Shown one piece after another: positions 20,841 to 29,834 of a stretch of 64,000 nucleotides of DNA. The notes under the pieces are model-generated. The model saw only the letters and a list, made by a program, of their open reading frames with translations, ran no database searches and was not told where the DNA came from. The DNA is from Proteobacteria bacterium UBA4457. GTDB lineage: Bacteria > Pseudomonadota > Gammaproteobacteria > Ga0077536. The position numbers were made by a program, and so were the translations under genes. Numbering within the stretch: the stretch's first letter is position 1; every line of letters starts with the position of its first letter. Location of the stretch: the NCBI GenBank assembly GCA_002390205.1, contig DGOV01000069.1, positions 8,836-72,835 of the forward strand, given 5' to 3'.

Positions 20841-23027
20841 ATGATCGCGACTGTTGCTGTTTTTGCACCATTGCGTCGTCTGTATGATTATATTGCTTTG
20901 AGTACTTTACATCGGCCATTAACGGTAGGTTCCCGAGTCTGGGTTCCTTTGAGACATTCATTTCGAGTTGGGATCGTGGTGAAGATTAGGGGTGTCAATA
21001 CCGAGAATGTATCCAAGCTTAAGTCGATAGTGGAAATTTTAGATGATGACTCTCTTATTTCTGAGAAAATGCTGCACCTTGCTTCTTGGGCGTCCGCATA
21101 CTATCACCACCCTATAGGGGAAGTAGTAGCGACTATTCTTCCCGCACCTTTGAGAGGAAAGACTTTGGTTCCTTCTGTGGGCCGTGAGAGTTGGAGTCTT
21201 ACAGAACTGGGACGACAGGCTCTTGAACAGCTTTCTGTGAAAGGGCTTCGGCAAAAGGATATCCTGGAAATCTTGCAGAATAACTCCTGCATTTGCGCGG
21301 AAGAACTTGGCGACTTGGATTATAATTGGCAGAGTCCAATGCGCGCGCTGCTGAAGCGCAACTTTGTCATGAAGTCAATTGTATCGGAACCGATCGGCCC
21401 AATTAGGTTGCTAGATAGCCCTATTATCCTGAATAAAGAGCAGGCGCGTGCTTCCAAAAATATTCATGAGACTCTTGGTAAGTTTCAACCCACTGTTCTG
21501 TACGGTGTTACAGGAAGCGGGAAAACAGAAGTATATTTTGATGTCATCGATAGTGTATTGAAAAGTGGAGGTCAGGCCCTTTTCTTGCTTCCGGAAATAG
21601 CGCTAACGAAGCATTTGGTAAAGCGTTTCCGTCAGCGGTTTGGTAGCCGAGTAGCAACCCTTCACTCTGGTATGAGTAAAAAAGAGCGCGTCGCCACTTG
21701 GATTAGATCTAAGAAGGCTGAGGTGGGTATTCTACTTGGGACTCGCTCAGCAGTTTGGCTAGAACTGCCCGACCTTGAACTGATTATCGTTGATGAGGAG
21801 CATGACGCTGCTTACAAGCAGCAAGATGGATTCCGATACTCTGCCCGTGATATTGCGATAGTCCGTGCGCAACAATTGGGTATTCCCGTGGTTCTAGGGT
21901 CAGCTACTCCTTCGTTTGAGACATTGGTCAATATAGAGAATAAAAATTTTCAGATAACACACCTGAAAAGCCGTCCATTAGCCTTGTCAAAGACTAAAGT
22001 CGAGACTATCGATGTGCGGGGGCTGAAACTAGCAGGTGGCCTGAGTGAAGCATTGATTAGACATATGCGAGAGCATTTGGCGAAAGGACAACAAGTTGTT
22101 CTTTTCCTTAATAGGCGAGGTTACTCACCCGTTATGATCTGCCGTTCTTGCGGAGTATTAATGACTTGCCTCCGGTGCGACGCTTACTTGGTCTACCATA
22201 AGCAAAAACAATCACTGATCTGTCATCACTGTGGATACCGTAAATCTGCTTTTACTAAAGCAGATTGTTGTGCTGAAGAAGCGACTGAACCATTAGGGAT
22301 CGGTACAGAGGGAATTGAAGAGGTGGTTCGCGAGTTGTTTCCTCATAAGACGGTATGCCGAGTTGATAGAGATGCCGTCAGATCGGCTAAAGTACTAGAA
22401 AAAATACTGAGCGAAATAGGTACTGGAGAGATTGACATATTAATTGGTACCCAAATGGTTTCAAAGGGCCTTGATTTTGAGAATGTTACATTAGTGGGCG
22501 TGGTTGACGCTGACACGCGGTTATATTCAATAGATTTTCGAGCAGAAGAGAGGTTGGCTCAGTTGCTCGTGCAGGTGGCTGGTAGAGCTGGGCGTGGTAG
22601 CAAGGCTGGGGAGGTTTTTGTGCAGACGCAAAAACCAGAAAATGCGGTTTTAAGAAGAATTATTGATGACGGTTATGATATATATTCGAAGCTAGCCCTG
22701 CCTGAGAGACGAGAAGTAGGTTTCCCTCCTTATGTCGCTATGGCCTTGGTTCGGGCCGAGTCTAAGTACCCGGAGCGACCAACATTATTTCTAACAGGAG
22801 TTAGGAAAATTCTTCAAAAAGAGTGTGCCAAGGCGGACATTAGTTTCCCAATTCCGGCTTACATGGCTTTACGCGCCGGAAGAGTCAGGGCATTGTTGAT
22901 AGTTAGGGCGCCTCTGAAAATTGAGATCCAAAATCTGTTAGCTGCTTGTCTGGACAAAATAGAAAGCTTATCTAAGGTAGTTCGAATTCAGTGGACAATT
23001 GACGTCGATCCTCAGGAGACTCTTTAA
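20841..23027 (+). CDS. priA: primosomal replication-restart helicase PriA
   Basis: It has Walker A GVTGSGKT, a DEEH box (VDEEHD) and the Cys-rich zinc region CRSCG...CLRCD...CHHCG. Size is 728 aa. Confidence 0.95.
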   Translation: MIATVAVFAPLRRLYDYIALSTLHRPLTVGSRVWVPLRHSFRVGIVVKIRGVNTENVSKLKSIVEILDDDSLISEKMLHLASWASAYYHHPIGEVVATILPAPLRGKTLVPSVGRESWSLTELGRQALEQLSVKGLRQKDILEILQNNSCICAEELGDLDYNWQSPMRALLKRNFVMKSIVSEPIGPIRLLDSPIILNKEQARASKNIHETLGKFQPTVLYGVTGSGKTEVYFDVIDSVLKSGGQALFLLPEIALTKHLVKRFRQRFGSRVATLHSGMSKKERVATWIRSKKAEVGILLGTRSAVWLELPDLELIIVDEEHDAAYKQQDGFRYSARDIAIVRAQQLGIPVVLGSATPSFETLVNIENKNFQITHLKSRPLALSKTKVETIDVRGLKLAGGLSEALIRHMREHLAKGQQVVLFLNRRGYSPVMICRSCGVLMTCLRCDAYLVYHKQKQSLICHHCGYRKSAFTKADCCAEEATEPLGIGTEGIEEVVRELFPHKTVCRVDRDAVRSAKVLEKILSEIGTGEIDILIGTQMVSKGLDFENVTLVGVVDADTRLYSIDFRAEERLAQLLVQVAGRAGRGSKAGEVFVQTQKPENAVLRRIIDDGYDIYSKLALPERREVGFPPYVAMALVRAESKYPERPTLFLTGVRKILQKECAKADISFPIPAYMALRAGRVRALLIVRAPLKIEIQNLLAACLDKIESLSKVVRIQWTIDVDPQETL

Positions 23028-23102
23028 GAAATTCACCGTGTGTGAATAACCTTACAATAAGCGATAGAATTGAATCTGTCCTGAAAACTTAGAATTTATA
23101 TA

Positions 23103-24851
23103 TTGGAAAGATTTTTGAAAGATAAGCTGCATTCCTGCATAGAGGCAAGTCTAGTTGAATTGAGAAAATTAGGTGTTTTAGAAGGCGATGAAGTCTATGA
23201 CTTTCGTATTGAGGTGCCTAAAAAAGCCGAACATGGCGATTACAGTACTAATTTAGCCTTGCTCTTAGCAAAATCTATGGGCAGTTCTCCTAGAAAAATC
23301 GCAGAGCAAGCTGCTACATTATTGGAAAAAAATGAGCTTTTTGATTCTGTTTCGATTGCAGGGCCAGGCTTTATTAATTTCACGCTAGCTGATGAAGCTA
23401 TATTTGCTGTCATCGAGTCAGTGAAAGAACAGGGAGAGAGTTTTGGGCGCAATAGTCTTGGTAATAAAAAATCTGTTCAAATTGAATTTGTATCAGCGAA
23501 TCCTACTGGCCCGCTCCATGTGGGGCATGGACGAGGCGCTGCTATTGGCTCAGCTCTGGCGAGCCTTTACCAAGCATGTGGGTACATTGTACACAAAGAA
23601 TACTATGTGAACGATGCCGGTCGGCAGATGGATATTCTCGCTGTGAGCGTTTACTTAAGGTGGTTACAGGAGGAGGGCTGCACTCTTGTGTTCCCGTCCA
23701 ATGGTTATCAAGGAGTATATATTTCAGAGATAGCACGCGATTTCAATCGCTCATCTCCTTGGTTGGAGTCGTCTCAGCAATCTGGCTTAGGAGGCTTAAT
23801 AACCGATGTGGATACTGACGCGGCGATGGACGAACTGATAACTTGCGTTAAAGCACACTTAGGTGCGTCTTCTTACGAGCTAGTTAGGTCTTATGCGACT
23901 AAAGCCATTTTGGAGGGTATAAAAGACGACCTGCGGGTGTTCGAAGTCACTTTTGATTCATGGTTTTCGGAGTTGTCTTTGCATGCAGAGGGTATAATTG
24001 AGGCATCACTTAACCACTTAGACTCAAAGGAATATATTTATGTCTCGGATGGTGCAACTTGGTTTAGGTCTACCTTATCAGGCGATGAAAAGGATCGGGT
24101 AGTCATAAGAGATAATGGACAGAAGACATATTTTGCGGCTGACATTGCTTATCACGCGGGTAAGTTTGATCGGGGGTTTGAGAAATTAGTTGATGTGTGG
24201 GGTGCGGACCACCATGGCTATATCCCTAGGGTGAAGGCTGCGCTTGAAGCTATGGGTAAATCTAGCGGTGATTTAGGTGTCGTTTTGGTCCAGTTTGCTG
24301 TTTTGATGAGAGATGGGGCAGCCGTCGCAATGTCCACTCGGTCCGGAAACTTCGTCACATTGCGAGACTTGGTTGATGAGGTTGGCGTTGACGCCGCTCG
24401 TTTCTTTTACTTGATGCGGCGATCTGATCAACACATGGAGTTTGACTTGAACCTTGCTGTCTCTAAAACTAATGAGAATCCAGTCTATTATGTGCAGTAT
24501 GCTCACGCGCGGATCTGCAGCATTATGACTCAAGCTTCCTCGCTAGGAGAGTGGGCCTGGACTGAGGAAGGCCCTAAATATCTAAACACAGCTGCTGAGC
24601 GGAAAATAGTCATAATGTTAGCTGGATATCCAGAGGTGTTAATAAGCGCGGTTAAATCGAACGAGCCTCATCTACTTCCTCAATACTTGCGAGAATTAGC
24701 GCAAGAATTCCACGCTTACTATAACTCCAATAAAGTATTGTCTGAGGATAAGGCTGTTAGGTTTGCGCGTTTATCTTTGGTGGATGCAGTCCGACAAGTC
24801 CTTGCAAATGGGTTAGGCTTGCTCAATATTTCAGCACCACGGTCAATGTGA
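23103..24851 (+). CDS. argS: arginine--tRNA ligase
   Basis: It has class I HIGH-type PTGPLHVGHGR and a C-terminal DALR anticodon-binding region. The start is TTG and the size is 582 aa. Confidence 0.95.
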   Translation: MERFLKDKLHSCIEASLVELRKLGVLEGDEVYDFRIEVPKKAEHGDYSTNLALLLAKSMGSSPRKIAEQAATLLEKNELFDSVSIAGPGFINFTLADEAIFAVIESVKEQGESFGRNSLGNKKSVQIEFVSANPTGPLHVGHGRGAAIGSALASLYQACGYIVHKEYYVNDAGRQMDILAVSVYLRWLQEEGCTLVFPSNGYQGVYISEIARDFNRSSPWLESSQQSGLGGLITDVDTDAAMDELITCVKAHLGASSYELVRSYATKAILEGIKDDLRVFEVTFDSWFSELSLHAEGIIEASLNHLDSKEYIYVSDGATWFRSTLSGDEKDRVVIRDNGQKTYFAADIAYHAGKFDRGFEKLVDVWGADHHGYIPRVKAALEAMGKSSGDLGVVLVQFAVLMRDGAAVAMSTRSGNFVTLRDLVDEVGVDAARFFYLMRRSDQHMEFDLNLAVSKTNENPVYYVQYAHARICSIMTQASSLGEWAWTEEGPKYLNTAAERKIVIMLAGYPEVLISAVKSNEPHLLPQYLRELAQEFHAYYNSNKVLSEDKAVRFARLSLVDAVRQVLANGLGLLNISAPRSM

Positions 24852-24864
24852 AGGAAAGCTATAG

Positions 24865-25410
24865 ATGGCCCTTAGAGACTATAAAAAAGCATCTACTCTT
24901 CCTAGTGAAAAGGAAAGTCATGGCAAACTTTCTTTTTTCATTATTGGGCTATTAGTTGGAGGAATAGTGACTTACGGTTGTTTAATTTCTTTATCTGAGA
25001 ATGGGCGGTTTGATATTTTTAATTGGCCAAAAAGTTTGATCTCAACGGCAGATTCATTAGGAAAAAAAATTAAAGGGATCTCGAAAAATTCATCCCTACC
25101 TCCGATGGAATTTGACTTCCAACCATTGAAAAGTGGCAGCGAAATTGATATCGGGCCAATAGAAGGGTTTCAACAAGGTTACCTTCAAGCTGGATCTTTT
25201 CGTACCATTGAAGATGCGGATGGGACCAAGGCAAAATTAGCAATTTTAGGCATTAAGTCAGAGATTAGTCGGGTCGTCACTGCGGAAAAGAACGTATGGT
25301 TCCGAGTGCTGGTGGGACCGCTTTTAAGTGAGAGAGCAATAAGAGAGACACGTATAGAAATGATAGAGCAAGGTATAATTCCTATCTTTCTAAAACAAGT
25401 AGCGGACTGA
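24865..25410 (+). CDS. SPOR-domain membrane protein (FtsN/DamX-like)
   Basis: It has a single N-terminal TM helix and a C-terminal repeat of about 70 aa (YLQAGSFRTIEDADGTKAKL...WFRVLVGPL) typical of SPOR peptidoglycan-binding domains. It follows priA-argS as in Pseudomonas, as I recall. Confidence 0.7.
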   Translation: MALRDYKKASTLPSEKESHGKLSFFIIGLLVGGIVTYGCLISLSENGRFDIFNWPKSLISTADSLGKKIKGISKNSSLPPMEFDFQPLKSGSEIDIGPIEGFQQGYLQAGSFRTIEDADGTKAKLAILGIKSEISRVVTAEKNVWFRVLVGPLLSERAIRETRIEMIEQGIIPIFLKQVAD

Positions 25411-25473
25411 CTCTTTAACCTTCTTGCTAAATACAGGTTTATGGCTACAAGAGAAATTTAGTACTACTCGAAC

Positions 25474-26175
25474 CTAGTCATTGCTAAAACTTGAGGGGGC
25501 TGTGGATTCAAGGAGTAACAATCTGATATTTCTCTGTAGCCTCGATTTGAAGAGATTACTGTCTCCAGTGGGTGTGAAAATTTGACCCAACGTGATGGAT
25601 TCTTTTAGGTAGTGAGATAGGACCTCTGCAGATCCATTAACCCAGTTATCCCAAGCTATTGTTGACTTTGAGAAAAGCTCTTGCTCTTGTTTTATCTTGA
25701 CAGACATCTGCAGAAACTCTGAGTAAGGCGCTGCCATTGCTGTTATGTCAGCTCCACGGACAATGCTTTCTTCCCTAGTGTGACAGTATGCAAATTTTTC
25801 TGTAGACAATATAGCAGCGCAGATTTTCTCTATTTTTCTATTGGGGATGTTATGTTGAGGAAGTATCCTTTCGGCAATAGACGCGGCGTAGGATTCTTTA
25901 TTTTCGAACTGAAGCGCAGTATGATCTTTTATGTATTCGGCGTCGTGGAAGAGTAGTGCGCAGTATACTATTTCGCAGTCGATAGGTGGTTTTCGGAGCC
26001 CATAATAATTAATTATTTCCTCTGCGAAATATATAGTTTTTTCAATATGAGTGAAGTTGTGAAATGCTAGTTTATCGCTGTAAAATTTATAAGCGGCTTT
26101 TTCTAGCGATAAATTTCGGACCTTGGTAAATACCGATGCCATATCAATATTCCTGTTGAGGCTAGATGAGAACAC
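25474..26175 (-). CDS. HD-superfamily metal-dependent phosphohydrolase-like protein
   Basis: It shows the H...HD...D pattern: FHNFTH, LLFHDAEY, RGADI. It is a monocistronic orphan between convergent and divergent neighbours. Confidence 0.5.
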   Translation of the reverse strand: MFSSSLNRNIDMASVFTKVRNLSLEKAAYKFYSDKLAFHNFTHIEKTIYFAEEIINYYGLRKPPIDCEIVYCALLFHDAEYIKDHTALQFENKESYAASIAERILPQHNIPNRKIEKICAAILSTEKFAYCHTREESIVRGADITAMAAPYSEFLQMSVKIKQEQELFSKSTIAWDNWVNGSAEVLSHYLKESITLGQIFTPTGDSNLFKSRLQRNIRLLLLESTAPSSFSND

Positions 26176-26339
26176 GTGTCGAGACTGCTATTATTGAAGA
26201 GTTGTACAAAAAAACAAGCTTTAATATATGTGGTTTTTCGTGCGAATTGGTGAACGATTAAGATAGCCTACTGATTTGGTTTGTTGTAGGCTCAGCTGCA
26301 GTAGTATATTTTTTTTTTCAAAGTAGAGACTTTGAGAGT

Positions 26340-26543
26340 ATGACGTTAAAAATATTTGTTAATGGAGACCCTCTCGAGATCCCTGATAACCTTGTATTGC
26401 AAGGTATTATTGAAATTTTAGAGGTGACAGGGCGGTACGCAATTGAAGTGAATGGTGAAATTGTTCCCAAAAGTGAGCATTTGGACTTTTTAATTAATAA
26501 CGGTGATGCGGTTGAAGTCGTAAAGGCCGTTGGTGGCGGATAG
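26340..26543 (+). CDS. thiS: sulfur-carrier protein ThiS
   Basis: 67 aa with a ubiquitin-like beta-grasp pattern, ending in Gly-Gly. It lies directly upstream of thiG. Confidence 0.85.
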   Translation: MTLKIFVNGDPLEIPDNLVLQGIIEILEVTGRYAIEVNGEIVPKSEHLDFLINNGDAVEVVKAVGGG

Positions 26544-26580
26544 CACCGGTGGAAAAATCAATAAAGGGATAGTCAGTAAG

Positions 26581-27393
26581 ATGGATACACAAGGATCGAA
26601 AAAAACCATTCTCAAGGATGCCTTGAAAATTGGAGAGTATGAACTTTCTTCCCGCTTACTAGTTGGGACAGGGAAATATAAAGATCTGTCGGAAAGCCAT
26701 GCAGCTATTGAGGCAAGTGGTGCTGCTGCTGTAACAGTGGCAATAAGAAGAATCGATGCTGGACAGACTACTGATGCCTCAGATTTGCTAGATATTATTT
26801 CTCCGGAAAAATACGTTATCTTACCTAATACAGCAGGTTGCTACGATGCTGCCTCGGCGGTGAGAACCTGCATGCTGGGACGAGAGCTACTAGATGGTCA
26901 TGCACTAGTAAAGCTGGAAGTTATGGGGGATAGTCGTACGTTATACCCAAATATTGTTGAGACACTATCTGCTGCAAAAACTTTGTGTAAAGAGGGGTTT
27001 CAAGTGATGGTTTATACGTCTGATGATCCTATTTTAGCTGTTGAGCTTGAAGCAATAGGATGTGTCGCGATCATGCCTCTTGCCGCACCTATTGGTTCAG
27101 GATTAGGGATACAGAATCGTTTCACCTTAAGAACTATAATTGAAAACGCTAGCGTTCCTGTGATTGTTGATGCTGGCGTAGGGACGGCGTCTGATGCCAG
27201 CATCGCCATGGAGCTTGGTTGCGATGGTGTATTGATGAACACAGCAATCGCCGAAGCCCAAAATCCGATATTAATGGCATCAGCAATGTCAAAGGCTGTT
27301 CAAGCTGGCCGAGAGGCATTTCTGGCTGGAAGGATGCCTCGCCGTGCATATGCTACAGCTTCTTCACCTTTAGATGGCCGTTTTTTCTCATAA
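26581..27393 (+). CDS. thiG: thiazole synthase
   Basis: It has the full-length ThiG TIM-barrel profile ([35 protein letters not shown]). The Met at 26581 is the likely start. Confidence 0.95.
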   Translation: MDTQGSKKTILKDALKIGEYELSSRLLVGTGKYKDLSESHAAIEASGAAAVTVAIRRIDAGQTTDASDLLDIISPEKYVILPNTAGCYDAASAVRTCMLGRELLDGHALVKLEVMGDSRTLYPNIVETLSAAKTLCKEGFQVMVYTSDDPILAVELEAIGCVAIMPLAAPIGSGLGIQNRFTLRTIIENASVPVIVDAGVGTASDASIAMELGCDGVLMNTAIAEAQNPILMASAMSKAVQAGREAFLAGRMPRRAYATASSPLDGRFFS

Positions 27394-27403
27394 TCTGTTT
27401 GTC

Positions 27404-28090
27404 ATGGTTAAAGATACTCCGCTATTGAGGACCGTTCGTAGCTATGTCGTGCGGGCGGGCCGTACAACAGCGGCTCAGGTAAAGGCGTTAGGTGAATTTC
27501 AAAATCAGTATGGATTCAACCTCGAGCAGATAGAGAAGGTTAACGATCTATTTGCGCTGGCCGGACCATTGCATTTAGAAATCGGGTTTGGGAACTCCGA
27601 AAACATCATACATATGACCAGATGTCACCCGAACAATAATTATCTGGGTTGCGAAGTACATCCTCCGGGTCTGGCAAGAGCCTTATTGGCGATAGATAAA
27701 CTATCCCTACCTAATGTCCGTGTAGCTGGCATTGATGCTATTGATTTACTTAACTCTATTTCCCCTGAAGCTTTAGACTCAGTTTATATTTATTTTCCAG
27801 ATCCATGGCCTAAGAAGCGTCATAATAAAAGACGATTAGTGAATGAAAATTTCTTGAGTTTACTTTATCTTGCCTTAAAGAAAAATGGTATTTTTCGGTT
27901 TGCCTCTGATGATGCTGTTTATGCTGAAATGGTAAAAGATTTGATTGCTAACTCGACTGAGTGGATCAATATTGCTGGAGGAAGAAAGTGGTCGCCTCGG
28001 CCAAACGATCGAGTCTTGACTAGATTTGAGAAAAGAGCAGGTATATTAAAAAATAAGATCTTTGAGATTACTGCGAGTCCTTGTCTGTAG
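27404..28090 (+). CDS. trmB: tRNA (guanine46-N7)-methyltransferase
   Basis: It has LEIGFGNSE SAM-binding and FPDPWPKKRHNKRR motifs. thiS-thiG-trmB is the Pseudomonas order. The start is either 27404 (ATG) or 27374. Confidence 0.9.
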   Translation: MVKDTPLLRTVRSYVVRAGRTTAAQVKALGEFQNQYGFNLEQIEKVNDLFALAGPLHLEIGFGNSENIIHMTRCHPNNNYLGCEVHPPGLARALLAIDKLSLPNVRVAGIDAIDLLNSISPEALDSVYIYFPDPWPKKRHNKRRLVNENFLSLLYLALKKNGIFRFASDDAVYAEMVKDLIANSTEWINIAGGRKWSPRPNDRVLTRFEKRAGILKNKIFEITASPCL

Positions 28091-28766
28091 GCTCTTCAAT
28101 CTCCCTGGGTTTTACGTCATCTAAATTCTCAATGAGATAAAATTCAGTGCTTTTTTTTTCTTCGTTATGACTATTTGGCCGAGTAATACCGAACGTATTT
28201 TTTATGCCGCAAATTCTTGCAGTCTCTAGCACATCAAGGTTGTCATCTATCAAGATAGTGTTTTCAAATTTACATTCCGTATCCTCAGAAAGTTTTGTCC
28301 AAAATGGCATCTCTTCTTTACAATAACCAATTTCGTGAGCATTACAAATGTGATCAAAATATTTTCTTATCCCTGTGATTTCTAGTTTTCTGTTCATGCT
28401 TTTGAGCGCAGCGTTGGTCGCCAAAGTGACAGTTAAGCCACTCTGGTTTAGCCTCTCTAACAAAGGTTGGGCTCCATTCCGTAGACAGATTAGAGAGTCT
28501 AATTCATCTTCAATACCAGTTAGGCTTAGATCTAAAGCTTTACTCCAGTATATTAGGCTATACCAATTTAAGGTTTTTTTGTTTTTTTCGAGCAAGTCTT
28601 CTATGATTTTTTTTGCGGCTAATATGTCTATATCGTTTTTTTTTGCTAATTTAGCGGGTAGTGACTGACTCCATACCTGATGGTCAAAATGTAAGTCCAA
28701 AAGTGTGCCATCCATGTCAAAAATGACTGTGTCGATGTCATCCCATATTATTTTTGATAAGCTCAT
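28068..28766 (-). CDS. HAD-superfamily hydrolase (YrfG-like nucleotidase type)
   Basis: It has motif I DTVIFDMDGTLLD, motif II-like LATNA and motif III/IV region ILIDDN. The start overlaps the upstream Sel1 gene stop (ATGA). The 3' end overlaps the trmB 3' end by 23 nt. Confidence 0.75.
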   Translation of the reverse strand: MSLSKIIWDDIDTVIFDMDGTLLDLHFDHQVWSQSLPAKLAKKNDIDILAAKKIIEDLLEKNKKTLNWYSLIYWSKALDLSLTGIEDELDSLICLRNGAQPLLERLNQSGLTVTLATNAALKSMNRKLEITGIRKYFDHICNAHEIGYCKEEMPFWTKLSEDTECKFENTILIDDNLDVLETARICGIKNTFGITRPNSHNEEKKSTEFYLIENLDDVKPREIEEPTDKDSQ

Positions 28767-29764
28767 TTATCACTTCTATCTTTAATCAGAGCTCTGAGTT
28801 CAAGGGCCAGCGTTGCAGCTAATTCCAATTCCTGAGAATTTAATGTCTTCTTTATTTGCTTATTTTCCTCAGGTTCTTTTTCAGCACTTGCTGAAGCTAT
28901 TTTAAGCCAAGCATAACTTAAAGCTGGATCTGGGTCTTTTCCGATGCCTTGCATGTAGAGCGAGCCAAGATTACGCTGGGCAGGTTCAAAGCCCTGAAGC
29001 GCTGATTCTTTTAGCCAAAAGTAACCTTCTTGATAATTTGTTACTGTCCCGTTCGCAAAGATATACATCAAGCCAATTTGCATTTGTGCTTTTTCATTAC
29101 CTTTCTCTGCTAGTTGTAGCATGAGTTCGAAGGCTTTTTTTTGAGCTTCTACGCTGTCTACATTTTTTAAATATTCACCTGCTAACTGAAAGGTGGCGGC
29201 TGCATGATCTTGCTGTGAAGCAAGTTTCAGAAACCCCACTGCTTCTTGTTTTTCCCCTTCACGTAAAAGCAGTATTGCGAGATTGAACTGCGCTGCTGCC
29301 AGGCCCTTCGCGGCAGCTTTTCTGAACCATATTTTGGCCTCGGGCAGGTTTTTATTTGCGCCTTCTCCTTTAGCGAGCGCGACACCGAAAAAAAATTGTG
29401 CTTCTGTGTCTCCGAGTTCCGCTCCTTTTTTAAACCAGTGCGCAGCTTTGGATGTATTTTTAGCCTCTCCATAACCTCTAAGGTTCATTATCCCTAGATT
29501 GAACATCGCACCGGGCAAGCTCTGTTCCGCGGCTGCTTTGAAAAGTTCTCTCGCACTATCAAAGTCTAGATCAATGCCTTTTCCTCTCATATACATAGTT
29601 CCTAGGTTGTTTTGGGCGATGGGATCTCCTGCATCGGAAAGAATATGATAATACTTGGCAGCGAGGGCAAACTGGCCGTCATTATAAGCATCAGATGCCA
29701 TATCGGCTCGGCCAGTAGCTGTGACTAGAAGTAAAATGATATAAATAGATGAATCAATGCGCAT
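28763..29764 (-). CDS. secreted Sel1-like (SLR/TPR) repeat protein
   Basis: It has an N-terminal signal-like hydrophobic segment. This is followed by about 8 tandem repeats of about 36 aa with the A.....A...G...AQ..LG..Y..G.G pattern. Confidence 0.8.
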   Translation of the reverse strand: MRIDSSIYIILLLVTATGRADMASDAYNDGQFALAAKYYHILSDAGDPIAQNNLGTMYMRGKGIDLDFDSARELFKAAAEQSLPGAMFNLGIMNLRGYGEAKNTSKAAHWFKKGAELGDTEAQFFFGVALAKGEGANKNLPEAKIWFRKAAAKGLAAAQFNLAILLLREGEKQEAVGFLKLASQQDHAAATFQLAGEYLKNVDSVEAQKKAFELMLQLAEKGNEKAQMQIGLMYIFANGTVTNYQEGYFWLKESALQGFEPAQRNLGSLYMQGIGKDPDPALSYAWLKIASASAEKEPEENKQIKKTLNSQELELAATLALELRALIKDRSDK

Positions 29765-29834
29765 GTCAAAAGGACTCTTGTATTCTGTATAGCATATAAT
29801 TAGTGGATCAAAATTTCTTACTTAATGGTATCTA

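Noticed and set aside
26176-26339. Possible TPP riboswitch upstream of thiS-thiG
   Set aside because: I could not find the conserved THI-box elements (CUGAGA and ACCUGAUCUGGAUAAUGCCAGCG-like). The thiS-thiG-trmB arrangement in pseudomonads is, as I recall, not riboswitch-controlled. Only a 7-bp hairpin (AGCCTAC/GTAGGCT) is present.
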